From: Dehalococcoidia bacterium
GTDB lineage: Bacteria > Chloroflexota > Dehalococcoidia > Bin125
Reading direction: 5' to 3'
NCBI GenBank assembly: GCA_965203165.1
Contig: OZ241849.1
Span: forward strand, 1,680,563-1,744,562
Length of the DNA: 64,000 nt
Positions within the stretch are counted from its first letter, which is position 1. Each line of letters begins with the position of its first letter. A program made the translations under genes and the position numbers. Below, one piece after another: positions 9,359 through 17,964 of this stretch. Under the pieces are notes generated by a model. That model did not search any database, was not told the DNA's origin, and saw only the letters and a list, made by a program, of their open reading frames with translations.

Positions 9359-10594
9359 TCAGCTCTGCCCGGCGGCGGCGAATGCGTCCTCAAACGATTG
9401 CAGCGTGCCCTCGACCGGAATCGGCCGAGTCACGTGCGGCTCGACGGCGTCGGCCGTTTTGAGGCCGCCGCCGGTGATGAAGGCGACGGTCGATTCGTCG
9501 GGGTCGATGATCTCGCGCTGGAGCGCCTGGCGCAGCCCGGCGATCGTCACGCCGCCGGCGGTCTCCGCGAAGACGCCCTCGCTCTCCGCGAGCAGCTGGA
9601 TGCCCTCGACGACTTCGGCGTCGCTGACCGAGGCCGCCCCGCCGTCGGTCGCCGCCATCGTCTTGAGCGCGTAGTAGCCGTCCGCCGGGTTGCCGATCGC
9701 CAGGCTCTTGGCGATCGTGTCCGGCTTGACCGGGCGGATGTTGGTCGTGCCGTTCTGCCAGGCGGTCGCGATCGGCGAGCAGCCCGTCGCCTGCGCGCCG
9801 ACCATCCGCACCTCCGACTCGTCGATCAGCCCGTAGCTCTGCAGCTCCTCGAAGCCCTTGTGGATCTTGGTGAAGAGCGAGCCGGAGGCCATCGGCGCAA
9901 CGCACTGCCGCGGCGCCCGCCAGCCCAACTGCTCCGCCACCTCAAACGCGAGCGTGCGCGAGCCCTCCGAGTAATAGGGCCGCACATTGATGTTGACGAA
10001 CGCCCAGTGCCGGTTGTCGGCCAGCTCCGAGCAGAGCCGGTTGACATCGTCGTAGGAGCCGTTCACCGCGACGATCGTGGGGTGATAGATCGCCGAGCCG
10101 AGCACTTTGCCGGCTTCGAGGTCGTGCGGGATGAAGACGACCGCCCGCATCCCGGCCCGCGCGGCGTGCGCCGAAACCGCGTTGGCCAGGTTGCCGGTCG
10201 AGGCGCACGCCAGCGTCTCGAAGCCCAGCTGACGCGCCCGGCTGCTGGCCACCGCGACCACCCGATCCTTGAACGACCAGGAGGGATTGCAGGTGTCGTT
10301 CTTGATCCAGAGCTCGCGCATCCCAAGCCGGCGGGCCAGATTGTCGGCGCGCAGCAGCGGCGTGCAGCCCACGTTGAGGTCGACGATGTAGTCGGCGTCC
10401 ACGGGCAGCATGTCCTTGTAGCGCCAGATCGAGCGCGGGCCGGCCTCGATCCGTTCGCGCGTCACGCGCGCCTGAATCGCGCCCCGGTCGTATTGCACTT
10501 CGAGCGGGCCGAAGCAGAAATCGCAGACGTTGATCGGGTCGAGCGGAAACTCGCGGCTGCACTCACGGCAGGCGAGGTGTGTGGCGTTGGTCAT
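9359..10594 (-). CDS. Threonine synthase family PLP enzyme with an N-terminal Zn-ribbon (ThrC or ThrC-like sulfhydrylase)
   Basis: CxxC...CxxC ribbon. PLP lysine motif SFKDR. Fold-type II PLP enzyme of about 410 aa. Confidence 0.8.
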   Translation of the reverse strand: MTNATHLACRECSREFPLDPINVCDFCFGPLEVQYDRGAIQARVTRERIEAGPRSIWRYKDMLPVDADYIVDLNVGCTPLLRADNLARRLGMRELWIKNDTCNPSWSFKDRVVAVASSRARQLGFETLACASTGNLANAVSAHAARAGMRAVVFIPHDLEAGKVLGSAIYHPTIVAVNGSYDDVNRLCSELADNRHWAFVNINVRPYYSEGSRTLAFEVAEQLGWRAPRQCVAPMASGSLFTKIHKGFEELQSYGLIDESEVRMVGAQATGCSPIATAWQNGTTNIRPVKPDTIAKSLAIGNPADGYYALKTMAATDGGAASVSDAEVVEGIQLLAESEGVFAETAGGVTIAGLRQALQREIIDPDESTVAFITGGGLKTADAVEPHVTRPIPVEGTLQSFEDAFAAAGQS

Positions 10595-10741
10595 CGTTGG
10601 GGAAGCTTTCGGGTAGGAGGCGAGAGGGCGTGCGCGCGGCCTGTTGGGGCAACCCCCAATCAGGCCTCCGGCATCGCCATGCGGCCCTCAGCCGCGGCAT
10701 CCGTCCCCGTGCAAGCGCGCGTGCTCATCGGGCGCAGCCTA

Positions 10742-11284
10742 TCACGCGACGGCCCAGGTGGGGGTTTCGATTTGGTGGATGTTGTTGGTGTTGACGATGG
10801 TTAGCAGTTCGGCGATTTGGAGCTGGTCGGGGGGGATGGCGCGGGAGGGGGCTAAGTCGGCCAGGGGGCGGAGGACGAATGCGCGCTCGCGGAGGCGGGG
10901 GTGGGGGATGTTGAGGCGGGGGTGGGCGACGGTTTGGGAGCCGTAGAGCAGGATGTCGATGTCGATGGCGCGCGGCCCCCAGCGGCGCTCGCTGCGGACG
11001 CGGCCGAGGCGGGCTTCGATGGCCTGCGTTTGGTCGAGCAGGTCGAGCGGCGCGAGGTTGGTTCGGCCGCGCAGGGCGGCGTTGAGGAAGGGCGGCTGGT
11101 CTGCGTCGCCCCAGGGGGGGGTTTCGTAGAGGGCGGAGACGCGGACGTCGGCGAGGATGGCGCGCAGCGCGGCGGCGGCGGCGCGCAGCGCGGCGCGGCG
11201 GTCGCCGAGATTCGCGCCGAGCCCGAGGAAGACATCGACGGTGGGGGCATCGGGCGCGGCGGGCAGATTGGGCATGTCAGGCAC
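10742..11284 (-). CDS. folK: 2-amino-4-hydroxy-6-hydroxymethyldihydropteridine pyrophosphokinase (HPPK)
   Basis: Motifs VFLGLGANLGD and RWGPRAIDIDIL. Confidence 0.85.
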   Translation of the reverse strand: MPDMPNLPAAPDAPTVDVFLGLGANLGDRRAALRAAAAALRAILADVRVSALYETPPWGDADQPPFLNAALRGRTNLAPLDLLDQTQAIEARLGRVRSERRWGPRAIDIDILLYGSQTVAHPRLNIPHPRLRERAFVLRPLADLAPSRAIPPDQLQIAELLTIVNTNNIHQIETPTWAVA

Positions 11285-12101
11285 GGCGGACCACGGCGTC
11301 GGCGATTTTGGCGACGCGGATCATTTCGGGCACATCGTGGACGCGCAGGAGGTCCGCGCCGTTGGCGACGGCGATGGCGGCGGCGGCGGCGGAGCCCTCG
11401 AAGCGCTCGCGCGGGGACCAGCCGAACTGCCCGCCGGTCAGGCGTTTGCGCGAGAGGCCGGCCAGCAGCGGCCGTCCGGCGGCGCGCAGCTCGCGCAGGC
11501 GGTCGAGGATTTCGTAGTTCTGCCCGGGCGGCCAGCCGAAGCCGAAGCCGGGATCGAGGATCACGCGCTGCTCGGGAATGCCGGCGGCGCGGGCGCAATC
11601 GAGCGAGGCGGCGAAGCCGTTGAGCAGGGCGGCGACGGGATCGGCGGCGGCGGGGCGTCCGCGCCGGTTGTGCATCGCGATCACGGGCGCGCCGTAGCGC
11701 GCGGCGATCTCGGCGAGGCGGGGATCGCCGCGCAGGCCGTTGATGTCGTTGAGCGCGGCTGCGCCGGCGCAGAGCGCGGCTTCGGCGACTTCCGGCTTGG
11801 TCGTGTCGATGCTGATCGGCGCGGCGACTCGGTTGGCGCGGATCGCTTCGAGCACGGGCAGCACGCGGGCCAGCTCGACTTCGAGCGGGACGGGCTGGAA
11901 GCCGGGCCGAGTGGATTCGCCGCCGAGGTCGATCAGGTCGACGCCGTCGCGGCACATTTGCAGCGCGCGCTCAACCGCGGCGTCGACGTCGGACAGCCCG
12001 TCGCCGGCGAAGGAGTCGGGCGAGAGGTTGAGGATGCCGACGATGTAGGTGCGGGAGCCCCAGACGAACTCGCGGCCGGCGATGCTGAGCGGGGCGGGCA
12101 T
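11277..12101 (-). CDS. folP: Dihydropteroate synthase
   Basis: Motifs GILNLSPDSF and DLIDLGGESTRPG of the pterin-binding domain. Overlaps folK by 8 nt. Confidence 0.9.
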   Translation of the reverse strand: MPAPLSIAGREFVWGSRTYIVGILNLSPDSFAGDGLSDVDAAVERALQMCRDGVDLIDLGGESTRPGFQPVPLEVELARVLPVLEAIRANRVAAPISIDTTKPEVAEAALCAGAAALNDINGLRGDPRLAEIAARYGAPVIAMHNRRGRPAAADPVAALLNGFAASLDCARAAGIPEQRVILDPGFGFGWPPGQNYEILDRLRELRAAGRPLLAGLSRKRLTGGQFGWSPRERFEGSAAAAAIAVANGADLLRVHDVPEMIRVAKIADAVVRRA

Positions 12102-12104
12102 GGG

Positions 12105-12641
12105 TCAGAGCTCGCGCTCGCGGACGCGGGGGCGTCCGTCCTGCTGGATGGTTTCGAGCAGCAGGCGCCGCGGGGGCGCGTCTGTCTCGCCGATTTCGAG
12201 GGCGATTTCGCTGGGCACCACCGAGTCGGGCTCCGCGCCTTCGTCAATCCGCCAGGCGCGCACGCCGGGCTCGGCGTCCATCAGCGTGACGAGCACCCAG
12301 AACGGCCAGGGATTGGGCCCGCGGTGCAGGCGGGCGATGTTGAGGTCGGTCGGAGACGGCCGCGCTTCGCTGGCGACATGCGAGTGGTAGATCACGAGCA
12401 TGTCGCCGTCGCTGCGCTCAATCGCGTTGTAGAGGTGAAGCAGTTCCTGCGGGGGGATGTTAAAGCGCCAGGGGGAGGCTTCGGCGTTGGTGGTGCGGTA
12501 GAGGGTGAGCGCGCCGTCGGCGGCGCGCGCGATGATGCCGCAGCACTCGTTGGGCGCGTCCTGCTGCGCGTGCGCGATCATCTCGTCGACCAGCTGCTGC
12601 GGGAGCGTGAGCGTGGGTTGGTCAGTCATTAGGTCGGTCAT
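12105..12641 (-). CDS. JAMM/MPN+ (Mov34) metalloprotease, Mec+/CysO-hydrolase-like
   Basis: JAMM motif ECCGII...HSHVASEARPSPTDL. Start taken at MTDLMTDQ, with ATGA overlap to the upstream gene. The track's N-terminal extension was rejected as Arg/Pro-rich. Confidence 0.8.
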   Translation of the reverse strand: MTDLMTDQPTLTLPQQLVDEMIAHAQQDAPNECCGIIARAADGALTLYRTTNAEASPWRFNIPPQELLHLYNAIERSDGDMLVIYHSHVASEARPSPTDLNIARLHRGPNPWPFWVLVTLMDAEPGVRAWRIDEGAEPDSVVPSEIALEIGETDAPPRRLLLETIQQDGRPRVREREL

Positions 12642-13252
12642 CGGGCTGCCGCTGTCTGCGTCGGCTGGCTGTTGGACCAGAAGGTACGCGCTTCGTGGTG
12701 GGGGACCTCTTCGCCCCAGCTGTCCCAGCCGGGCGCGCGGCTGCGGGCGAAGAGCTCGATCTTGGACTGGTCGGGGAACATTCGCTCGATGCGGTCGCGG
12801 ACCTCGCGCGGTTTCTCGGAGTGCCGCCCGCGCGGCGCGCTGACCAGCTGGCGAACGTCGCGGCGGCCGCGCGGCTGGGGGATGCGCCCGCGTTTGAAGA
12901 CGAGGCAGAGCTCGCACTGCGAGAGCGTGTAGTGGCCGGGGTTGACGCGCTGCTTGTCCCAGATGAAAGCGACGGTGGCCCAGGCGAAGCCCCAGGCTTT
13001 GCCCAGCTCGATCGCCTGATCGAGGTGCGGCGAGGTGGCCCAGAGGAAGAGCACGCAGTCGTCGGCTGCGATCTCCTGCACGGGCAGTTGCGCCAGGTCC
13101 CGGCTGGCGACGGTGGAAAAGTGCCGCGCCGCGCCGCCGCTGTCGCCGCTGCCGGGCCCGGCGTGCTGCAGCTGGCCTTTGTAGTCCCAGGGCGGGTCGG
13201 CGTAGATCACGGCGTAGCGCCGCTGCGGGAGCGGGGGGAACTCGGTCAGCAT
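12638..13252 (-). CDS. MT-A70 family (DPPW) adenine methyltransferase
   Basis: Hallmark YADPPWDY motif and a 204-aa length typical of the bacterial MT-A70 clade. Confidence 0.75.
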   Translation of the reverse strand: MLTEFPPLPQRRYAVIYADPPWDYKGQLQHAGPGSGDSGGAARHFSTVASRDLAQLPVQEIAADDCVLFLWATSPHLDQAIELGKAWGFAWATVAFIWDKQRVNPGHYTLSQCELCLVFKRGRIPQPRGRRDVRQLVSAPRGRHSEKPREVRDRIERMFPDQSKIELFARSRAPGWDSWGEEVPHHEARTFWSNSQPTQTAAAR

Positions 13253-13644
13253 GTCGGCTCCGGGCGCCAGTCGCGCAGCGGGCCGTCGTCGTGGCAGGCG
13301 CCGGGCGTGAGCTGCATCTTGAGCAGCGTGCGGCTGAGCTGCGGCGCGATCAGGTGGTCGAGCCAGTGCTCCCGCTCGTCTTCGGGGACGATCTGCGCGA
13401 GGTCGGCGAAGCGAATGTGGATCTCGTGCTCGTCGGCGACGATGCCGAAGTCGAGCACCGGCTTGCCCGGCCGCAGCAGGCGGCCGATCGTGTCGCTGCG
13501 CAGGATGCGGTTGTCGGGGCGCTCGAGGTAGCGCTCAAGCACGCCGGCGCGGAAGCGCAGGGGCAGCGCGGCCGCGTCGCCGCTGGCGGCGGCGCGCGCG
13601 ACCGTGCGCCGCCAGACGGGGTCCGAGGGCGGGTCCGCGGGCAT
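13246..13644 (-). CDS. Hypothetical protein (132 aa) translationally coupled to the MT-A70 gene
   Basis: GC3-rich ORF with a 7-nt overlap to the downstream gene. No recognisable domain. Confidence 0.4.
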   Translation of the reverse strand: MPADPPSDPVWRRTVARAAASGDAAALPLRFRAGVLERYLERPDNRILRSDTIGRLLRPGKPVLDFGIVADEHEIHIRFADLAQIVPEDEREHWLDHLIAPQLSRTLLKMQLTPGACHDDGPLRDWRPEPTC

Positions 13645-13653
13645 CTCGCGCGC

Positions 13654-14499
13654 TCAGGCGGAGGGGTTGTCGATCGGCACGCCGACCACGCTGCCGTACT
13701 CGGTCCAGGAGCCGTCGTAGTTGGTCGAGTTCTCGATGCCCAGCAGGTAGCGCAGCGCGAACCAGCTGTGCGAGGAGCGCTCGCCGATGCGGCAGTAGGC
13801 GATCACCGGCTGGTCGCCGCTGATGCCCTTGCTCCCGTAAATCTCGCGCAGCTCGTCGGCCGGCTTGAAGGTGCCGTCCTCGGCGACGGCGCTGGCCCAG
13901 GGAATGTTGGACGCGCCGGGCACGTGGCCCTTGCGCTGCGCGGTTTCGGGCAGGCCGGGCGGGGCCATGATCACGCCGTTGAACTCGTCGGGCGAGCGCA
14001 CATCGACCAGCTGGCCGCCCACGCCGATGTGGGCGATCACGTCGGGCAGCTTGGCGCGGATCGACTCGTCGCGCTCGGCGACCGCGATCGAGCCCGCGGC
14101 CGGCGCGGGGGCGTCGGTGCTGGTCGGGCGGCTCTCGGCCAGCCACTTGACCCGCCCGCCGTCCATCAGCGCGGTGTTGGCCACGCCGTACATCTCGAGC
14201 ATCCAGAGCGCGTAGGCCGCGAACCAGTTGTTGTTGTCGCCGTAGAGCACGATCTGCGAGTCGTCGTTCGCGCCCGCGCCGCGCAGCAGCGTTTGCACGG
14301 TCTCGCGGCTGGCCACATCGCGCTGCACCTGATCCTGCAGCTGGCTGGTCCAGTCCCAGGCCACCGCGCCGGGCGGGTGGCCCTCGTCGTACGCGCCGGT
14401 GTCGACGTCGACTTCGATCAGGCAGACGGCGGGGTCGTCGAGGTGCTCGGCGACCCACTGCGTGCTGACCAGCTTTTCGGGGTGTGCGTATTCGGTCAT
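13654..14499 (-). CDS. sseA: Thiosulfate/3-mercaptopyruvate sulfurtransferase (tandem rhodanese domains)
   Basis: Two rhodanese domains and the active-site loop CRIGERSS. Confidence 0.85.
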   Translation of the reverse strand: MTEYAHPEKLVSTQWVAEHLDDPAVCLIEVDVDTGAYDEGHPPGAVAWDWTSQLQDQVQRDVASRETVQTLLRGAGANDDSQIVLYGDNNNWFAAYALWMLEMYGVANTALMDGGRVKWLAESRPTSTDAPAPAAGSIAVAERDESIRAKLPDVIAHIGVGGQLVDVRSPDEFNGVIMAPPGLPETAQRKGHVPGASNIPWASAVAEDGTFKPADELREIYGSKGISGDQPVIAYCRIGERSSHSWFALRYLLGIENSTNYDGSWTEYGSVVGVPIDNPSA

Positions 14500-14563
14500 C
14501 GTTCTCGTCCTTTCGCGGAGCGTGCAGAGTGCTCCGCAGTTGCGCGTGTTGGGGCGGCGGGAA

Positions 14564-15544
14564 TCACCACCAGATTTTGCCCTCGATCGTTTCGTCGCCG
14601 GCGATGTCCTCGTAGTCGCGCGCCCAGAGGCCGGTGGAGAGGTACTTCCAGCCGCCGTCGGCGAGCAGGACGACGATGTGGGCGGTGTCGGCGCGCTCGG
14701 CGATGCGCTGCGCGGCGCGGACCGCCGCGCCGCAGGAGATGCCGGCGAAGACGCCCTCCTCTTCGAGCAGCGATTTGGTCACGGCGAAGGAGGTGCGGCT
14801 GTCGATCACGATGCGTCCGTCGAGCACGGACTCGTCGAGCACCGGCGGGATGTAGCCCTCGTCGAGGCTGCGCAGCCCCTGCACGAGGTCGCCGGGGTGC
14901 GGCGCGGCGGCGACGACTTTGATCTCGGCGCGCTGTTCTTTGAGGTAGCGGCCCACGCCGGTCAGCGTGCCGCCGGTGCCCAGCCCGGCGACGAAGTGGG
15001 TGATCTCCGGGCAGTCGCGCAGGATTTCGGGGCCGGTCGTCTCGTAGTGCGCGTTGGGGTTGGCGGCGTTTTCGTATTGCATGGGCATGAAGACGCTGGG
15101 GTCTTCGGCGTAGAGCTGTTTGGCCATGCGCACCGCGCCGTTGCTGCCCTGCTCGCCGGGCGAGAGGATCACTTCCGCGCCGAAGAAGGTCAGCAGGTCG
15201 CGCCGCTCGACGCTCACGCTCTCGGGCATCACGCAGCGCACCGGATGGCCGCTGAGCCGGCCGATCATCGCGATCGCCAGCCCGGTGTTGCCGCTGGTCG
15301 GCTCAAGGATCGTTTGGCCGGGCTGCAGCGAGCCGTCCGCGTGGGCGGCATCGAGCATGGACCGGGCGATGCGGTCTTTGACCGAGCCGGTCGGGTTCTG
15401 GCCCTCGAGCTTGACCCAGATCGCGGCGTCGGGATTGGGCGAGAGGTTGTTGAGCCGGACCAGCGGCGTGTTGCCGATCGTCTCCAGCAGGGAGCCGAAG
15501 CGGGCGGGCGGCGCAGCCACGGCGGCAGGGGCGGCGGTGGTCAT
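14564..15544 (-). CDS. cysM: Cysteine synthase B-like (CysM, the CysO-thiocarboxylate-dependent type)
   Basis: PLP motif SVKDR, fold-type II. The start overlaps the CysO stop (ATGA). Confidence 0.85.
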   Translation of the reverse strand: MTTAAPAAVAAPPARFGSLLETIGNTPLVRLNNLSPNPDAAIWVKLEGQNPTGSVKDRIARSMLDAAHADGSLQPGQTILEPTSGNTGLAIAMIGRLSGHPVRCVMPESVSVERRDLLTFFGAEVILSPGEQGSNGAVRMAKQLYAEDPSVFMPMQYENAANPNAHYETTGPEILRDCPEITHFVAGLGTGGTLTGVGRYLKEQRAEIKVVAAAPHPGDLVQGLRSLDEGYIPPVLDESVLDGRIVIDSRTSFAVTKSLLEEEGVFAGISCGAAVRAAQRIAERADTAHIVVLLADGGWKYLSTGLWARDYEDIAGDETIEGKIWW

Positions 15545-15819
15545 CGGCGGCCGCCCGCCAGGGCCGGCAGAATCGCCAGCACGTCGCCGTCGCTCAGCGC
15601 GGTTTCGAGACCCTCCAGGAAGCGGATGTCTTCGTCGTTGAGGAAGATGTTGACGAAGCGGCGCAGTTCGCCCTGCTCGAGCAGTTGGTCGCCGATGCCG
15701 GGGTAGGCGCGTTCGAGCGAGGCGAGCAGGTCGCCGACGTTGGCCGATTCGAGTTGGACGGACTTCTGCCCGTCGGTGAACTTTTGCAGCATCGACGGGA
15801 CGCGGACTTCAACCGGCAT
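15541..15819 (-). CDS. cysO: MoaD/ThiS-family sulfur-carrier protein CysO with a C-terminal Gly-Gly-Arg-Arg tail
   Basis: 92-aa beta-grasp protein ending ...ILPALAGGRR. Sits directly upstream of cysM. Confidence 0.8.
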   Translation of the reverse strand: MPVEVRVPSMLQKFTDGQKSVQLESANVGDLLASLERAYPGIGDQLLEQGELRRFVNIFLNDEDIRFLEGLETALSDGDVLAILPALAGGRR

Positions 15820-15856
15820 TGGGGGTGATCCTCTCCAGGGAGTCTCTGCGCCGGCG

Positions 15857-16960
15857 CTAGCCGCCGGCCGCGGCTGCGGGGCCCTCGTGGAAGGGCGAGC
15901 CGCAGAATTCTTCGTAGTCGATCAGCTCGGTGACGCTGGGCGCGTCGCCGCAGAGCGGGCAGGCGGGGTCGCGGCGGATTTTGACGGTGCGGAAGTCCAT
16001 CGCCAGCGCGTCGTAGAGCAGCAGGCGGTTCTTGAGCGGCTCGCCCTGCTCCAGCAGCACCTTGATCGCCTCGGTGGCCTGGATCGCGCCGATCGTGCCC
16101 GGCAGCACCCCGAGCACCCCCGCCTCCGAGCAGGAGGGCACCATCCCCGGCGGCGGCGGGCTGGGGTAGAGGCAGCGGTAGCAGCCCTGCCCGGGGAAGA
16201 ACGTGGTGACCTGCCCCTCGAAGAGGAAGATGCTGCCGTCGACGAGGATCTTCTCGGCCAGGAACGCGGCGTCGTTGACCAGGTAGCGGGTGGCGAAGTT
16301 GTCCGCGCCGTTGATGATCACGTCGTACTGCGGGATGATCTCCATCGCGTTTTCGGAGGTCAGCGGCTGGGTGTGGGTCTGGACGACGATGTTGGGGTTG
16401 AGGTCGGCGATGCGGTCCTGCGCGGATTCGACTTTGGGGCGTCCGATGTCGCTGGTGCCGTGGATGATCTGGCGTTGGAGGTTGGAGCGGTCGACGACGT
16501 CGAAGTCGACGATGCCGAGGGTGCCGATGCCGGCGGCGGCGAGGTAGACGAGCACGGGCGAGCCGAGCCCGCCCGCGCCGACGGCGAGCACTTTGCCGTC
16601 GATCAGCTTGCGCTGCCCGAGGGGGCCGACCTGGTCCATGATCAGGTGGCGGGAGTAGCGCTCGACCATTTCGGGCGTCATGGCCGCGCCGCCGGCGAGC
16701 GCGGGAATCACGGCCACTTCATCGCCGTCGCTGACCAGGGTGTCGGTGCCCTGCAGTGCGCGAATCTCCTGGCTGTTGAGATAGACGTTGACGTGCTCGA
16801 GCAGCTCCTGCTCGCCGTCGAAGACCATTTCGCCGAAACCCGGGTAGCGCTGGTCGAGGTCGCGCAGCACGCCGTGGACATCGCTGCCGCCGGCCTCGAC
16901 GAAGGTGCGGTTGCCGGTGATCTTGCGGAAGGGGGTGGGAATGTAGACCTTGACGGGCAT
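15857..16960 (-). CDS. In-frame fusion of a MoaD/CysO-like ubiquitin-like domain (91 aa, ending ...IPALAGG) and a ThiF/MoeB-type E1 adenylyltransferase (274 aa) joined by Ala-Ala
   Basis: ATG at 16960 with GAAGGAA about 8 nt upstream. No stop codon between GG and the E1 Rossmann motif (LAVGAGGLGSP). E1 CxxC pairs are present and there is no rhodanese domain. The track's 887-aa ORF N-terminal extension was rejected. Confidence 0.75.
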   Translation of the reverse strand: MPVKVYIPTPFRKITGNRTFVEAGGSDVHGVLRDLDQRYPGFGEMVFDGEQELLEHVNVYLNSQEIRALQGTDTLVSDGDEVAVIPALAGGAAMTPEMVERYSRHLIMDQVGPLGQRKLIDGKVLAVGAGGLGSPVLVYLAAAGIGTLGIVDFDVVDRSNLQRQIIHGTSDIGRPKVESAQDRIADLNPNIVVQTHTQPLTSENAMEIIPQYDVIINGADNFATRYLVNDAAFLAEKILVDGSIFLFEGQVTTFFPGQGCYRCLYPSPPPPGMVPSCSEAGVLGVLPGTIGAIQATEAIKVLLEQGEPLKNRLLLYDALAMDFRTVKIRRDPACPLCGDAPSVTELIDYEEFCGSPFHEGPAAAAGG

Positions 16961-16983
16961 GGGGCGTTCCTTCGCTGTTGGGC

Positions 16984-17919
16984 TCAGTCGTTGTCGAGCG
17001 GCATGCTGAGGTAGCGCTCGCCGGTGTCGCAGATCGTGGTGACGACGCGGCGGCCGGGGCCGAGCTGGCGGGCGATTTCGACGGCGGCGTGGACATTCGC
17101 GCCGGAGGAGATGCCGGCGAGCACGCCTTCCTCGCGGGTCAGCCGGCTGGTCATCGCGATCGCGTCCTCGTCGCTCACGCCGATCACCTCGTCGTAGATC
17201 TCGCGGTTCAGGACGCCGGGCACAAACGACGCGCCGATGCCCTGGATTTGGTGGACGGCGAAGCGTCCGCCCTGCAGGACGGGCGAGCGCAGCGGTTCGA
17301 CGGCGACGATTCGCAGGTCGGGCTTGCGCTCGCGGAGCCACTCGCCGACGCCCGTGATCGTACCGCCCGTGCCCACGCCGGTCACGAACGCGTCGAGTTC
17401 GCCGTCCAGCGCGGCCCAGATTTCGGGCGCGGTGCTGCGGCGGTGGATTTCCGGGTTGGAACGGTTGAGGAACTGCTGGGGCATGAAGTAGCCCGGTTCG
17501 GCCGCCAGCTCTTCGGCGGCGAAGACGGCCCCGGTCATGCCCTCGATCGCGGGCGTGAGCAGGACTTCCGCGCCGAAGCGCTCCAGCAGCCGGCGGCGTT
17601 CGCGGCTCATGTCCTCGGGCATCGTCAGGATCAGCCGGTAGCCCTTGACGGCGCAGACCAGCGCCAGGCCGACGCCGGTGTTGCCGGAGGTGGGCTCGAC
17701 GATCGCGTCGCCGGGCTGCAGCGCGCCGCTGCACTCGGCGTCCTCGATCATCGCGCGGGCGATGCGGTCTTTGACCGAGCCGCCGGGGTTGAGCGATTCG
17801 AGCTTGGCGACGAGCTCGGCGGCGGCGGGCGGCGCGACCCGGCTGAGCCGCAGCATCGGCGTCGCGCCGATCAGGTCGAGCACGGTTTCGGCGACTGGAG
17901 GCCGCTGGATGGTCGTCAC
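16984..17919 (-). CDS. cysK: Cysteine synthase A (O-acetylserine sulfhydrylase)
   Basis: PLP motif SVKDR and the TSGNTG loop, 311 aa. Confidence 0.9.
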   Translation of the reverse strand: MTTIQRPPVAETVLDLIGATPMLRLSRVAPPAAAELVAKLESLNPGGSVKDRIARAMIEDAECSGALQPGDAIVEPTSGNTGVGLALVCAVKGYRLILTMPEDMSRERRRLLERFGAEVLLTPAIEGMTGAVFAAEELAAEPGYFMPQQFLNRSNPEIHRRSTAPEIWAALDGELDAFVTGVGTGGTITGVGEWLRERKPDLRIVAVEPLRSPVLQGGRFAVHQIQGIGASFVPGVLNREIYDEVIGVSDEDAIAMTSRLTREEGVLAGISSGANVHAAVEIARQLGPGRRVVTTICDTGERYLSMPLDND

Positions 17920-17964
17920 TGAGGCTCGCGTTTCCGCTCGTGTGTGTGCGTGGGTGTGGGGCGG

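Noticed and set aside
10595-10741. SAM-I/SAM-IV riboswitch upstream of the ThrC-like gene
   Set aside because: The GGCAACC and other hallmark SAM-I/IV elements were not found. Retained only as a low-interest unexplained leader.
6101-10804. 1567-aa plus-strand ORF
   Set aside because: Antisense to two epoxide hydrolase genes, the ThrC-like gene and the NIL gene. The translation is Arg/Ala/Pro/Gly-rich with no domain. Typical high-GC open antisense frame.
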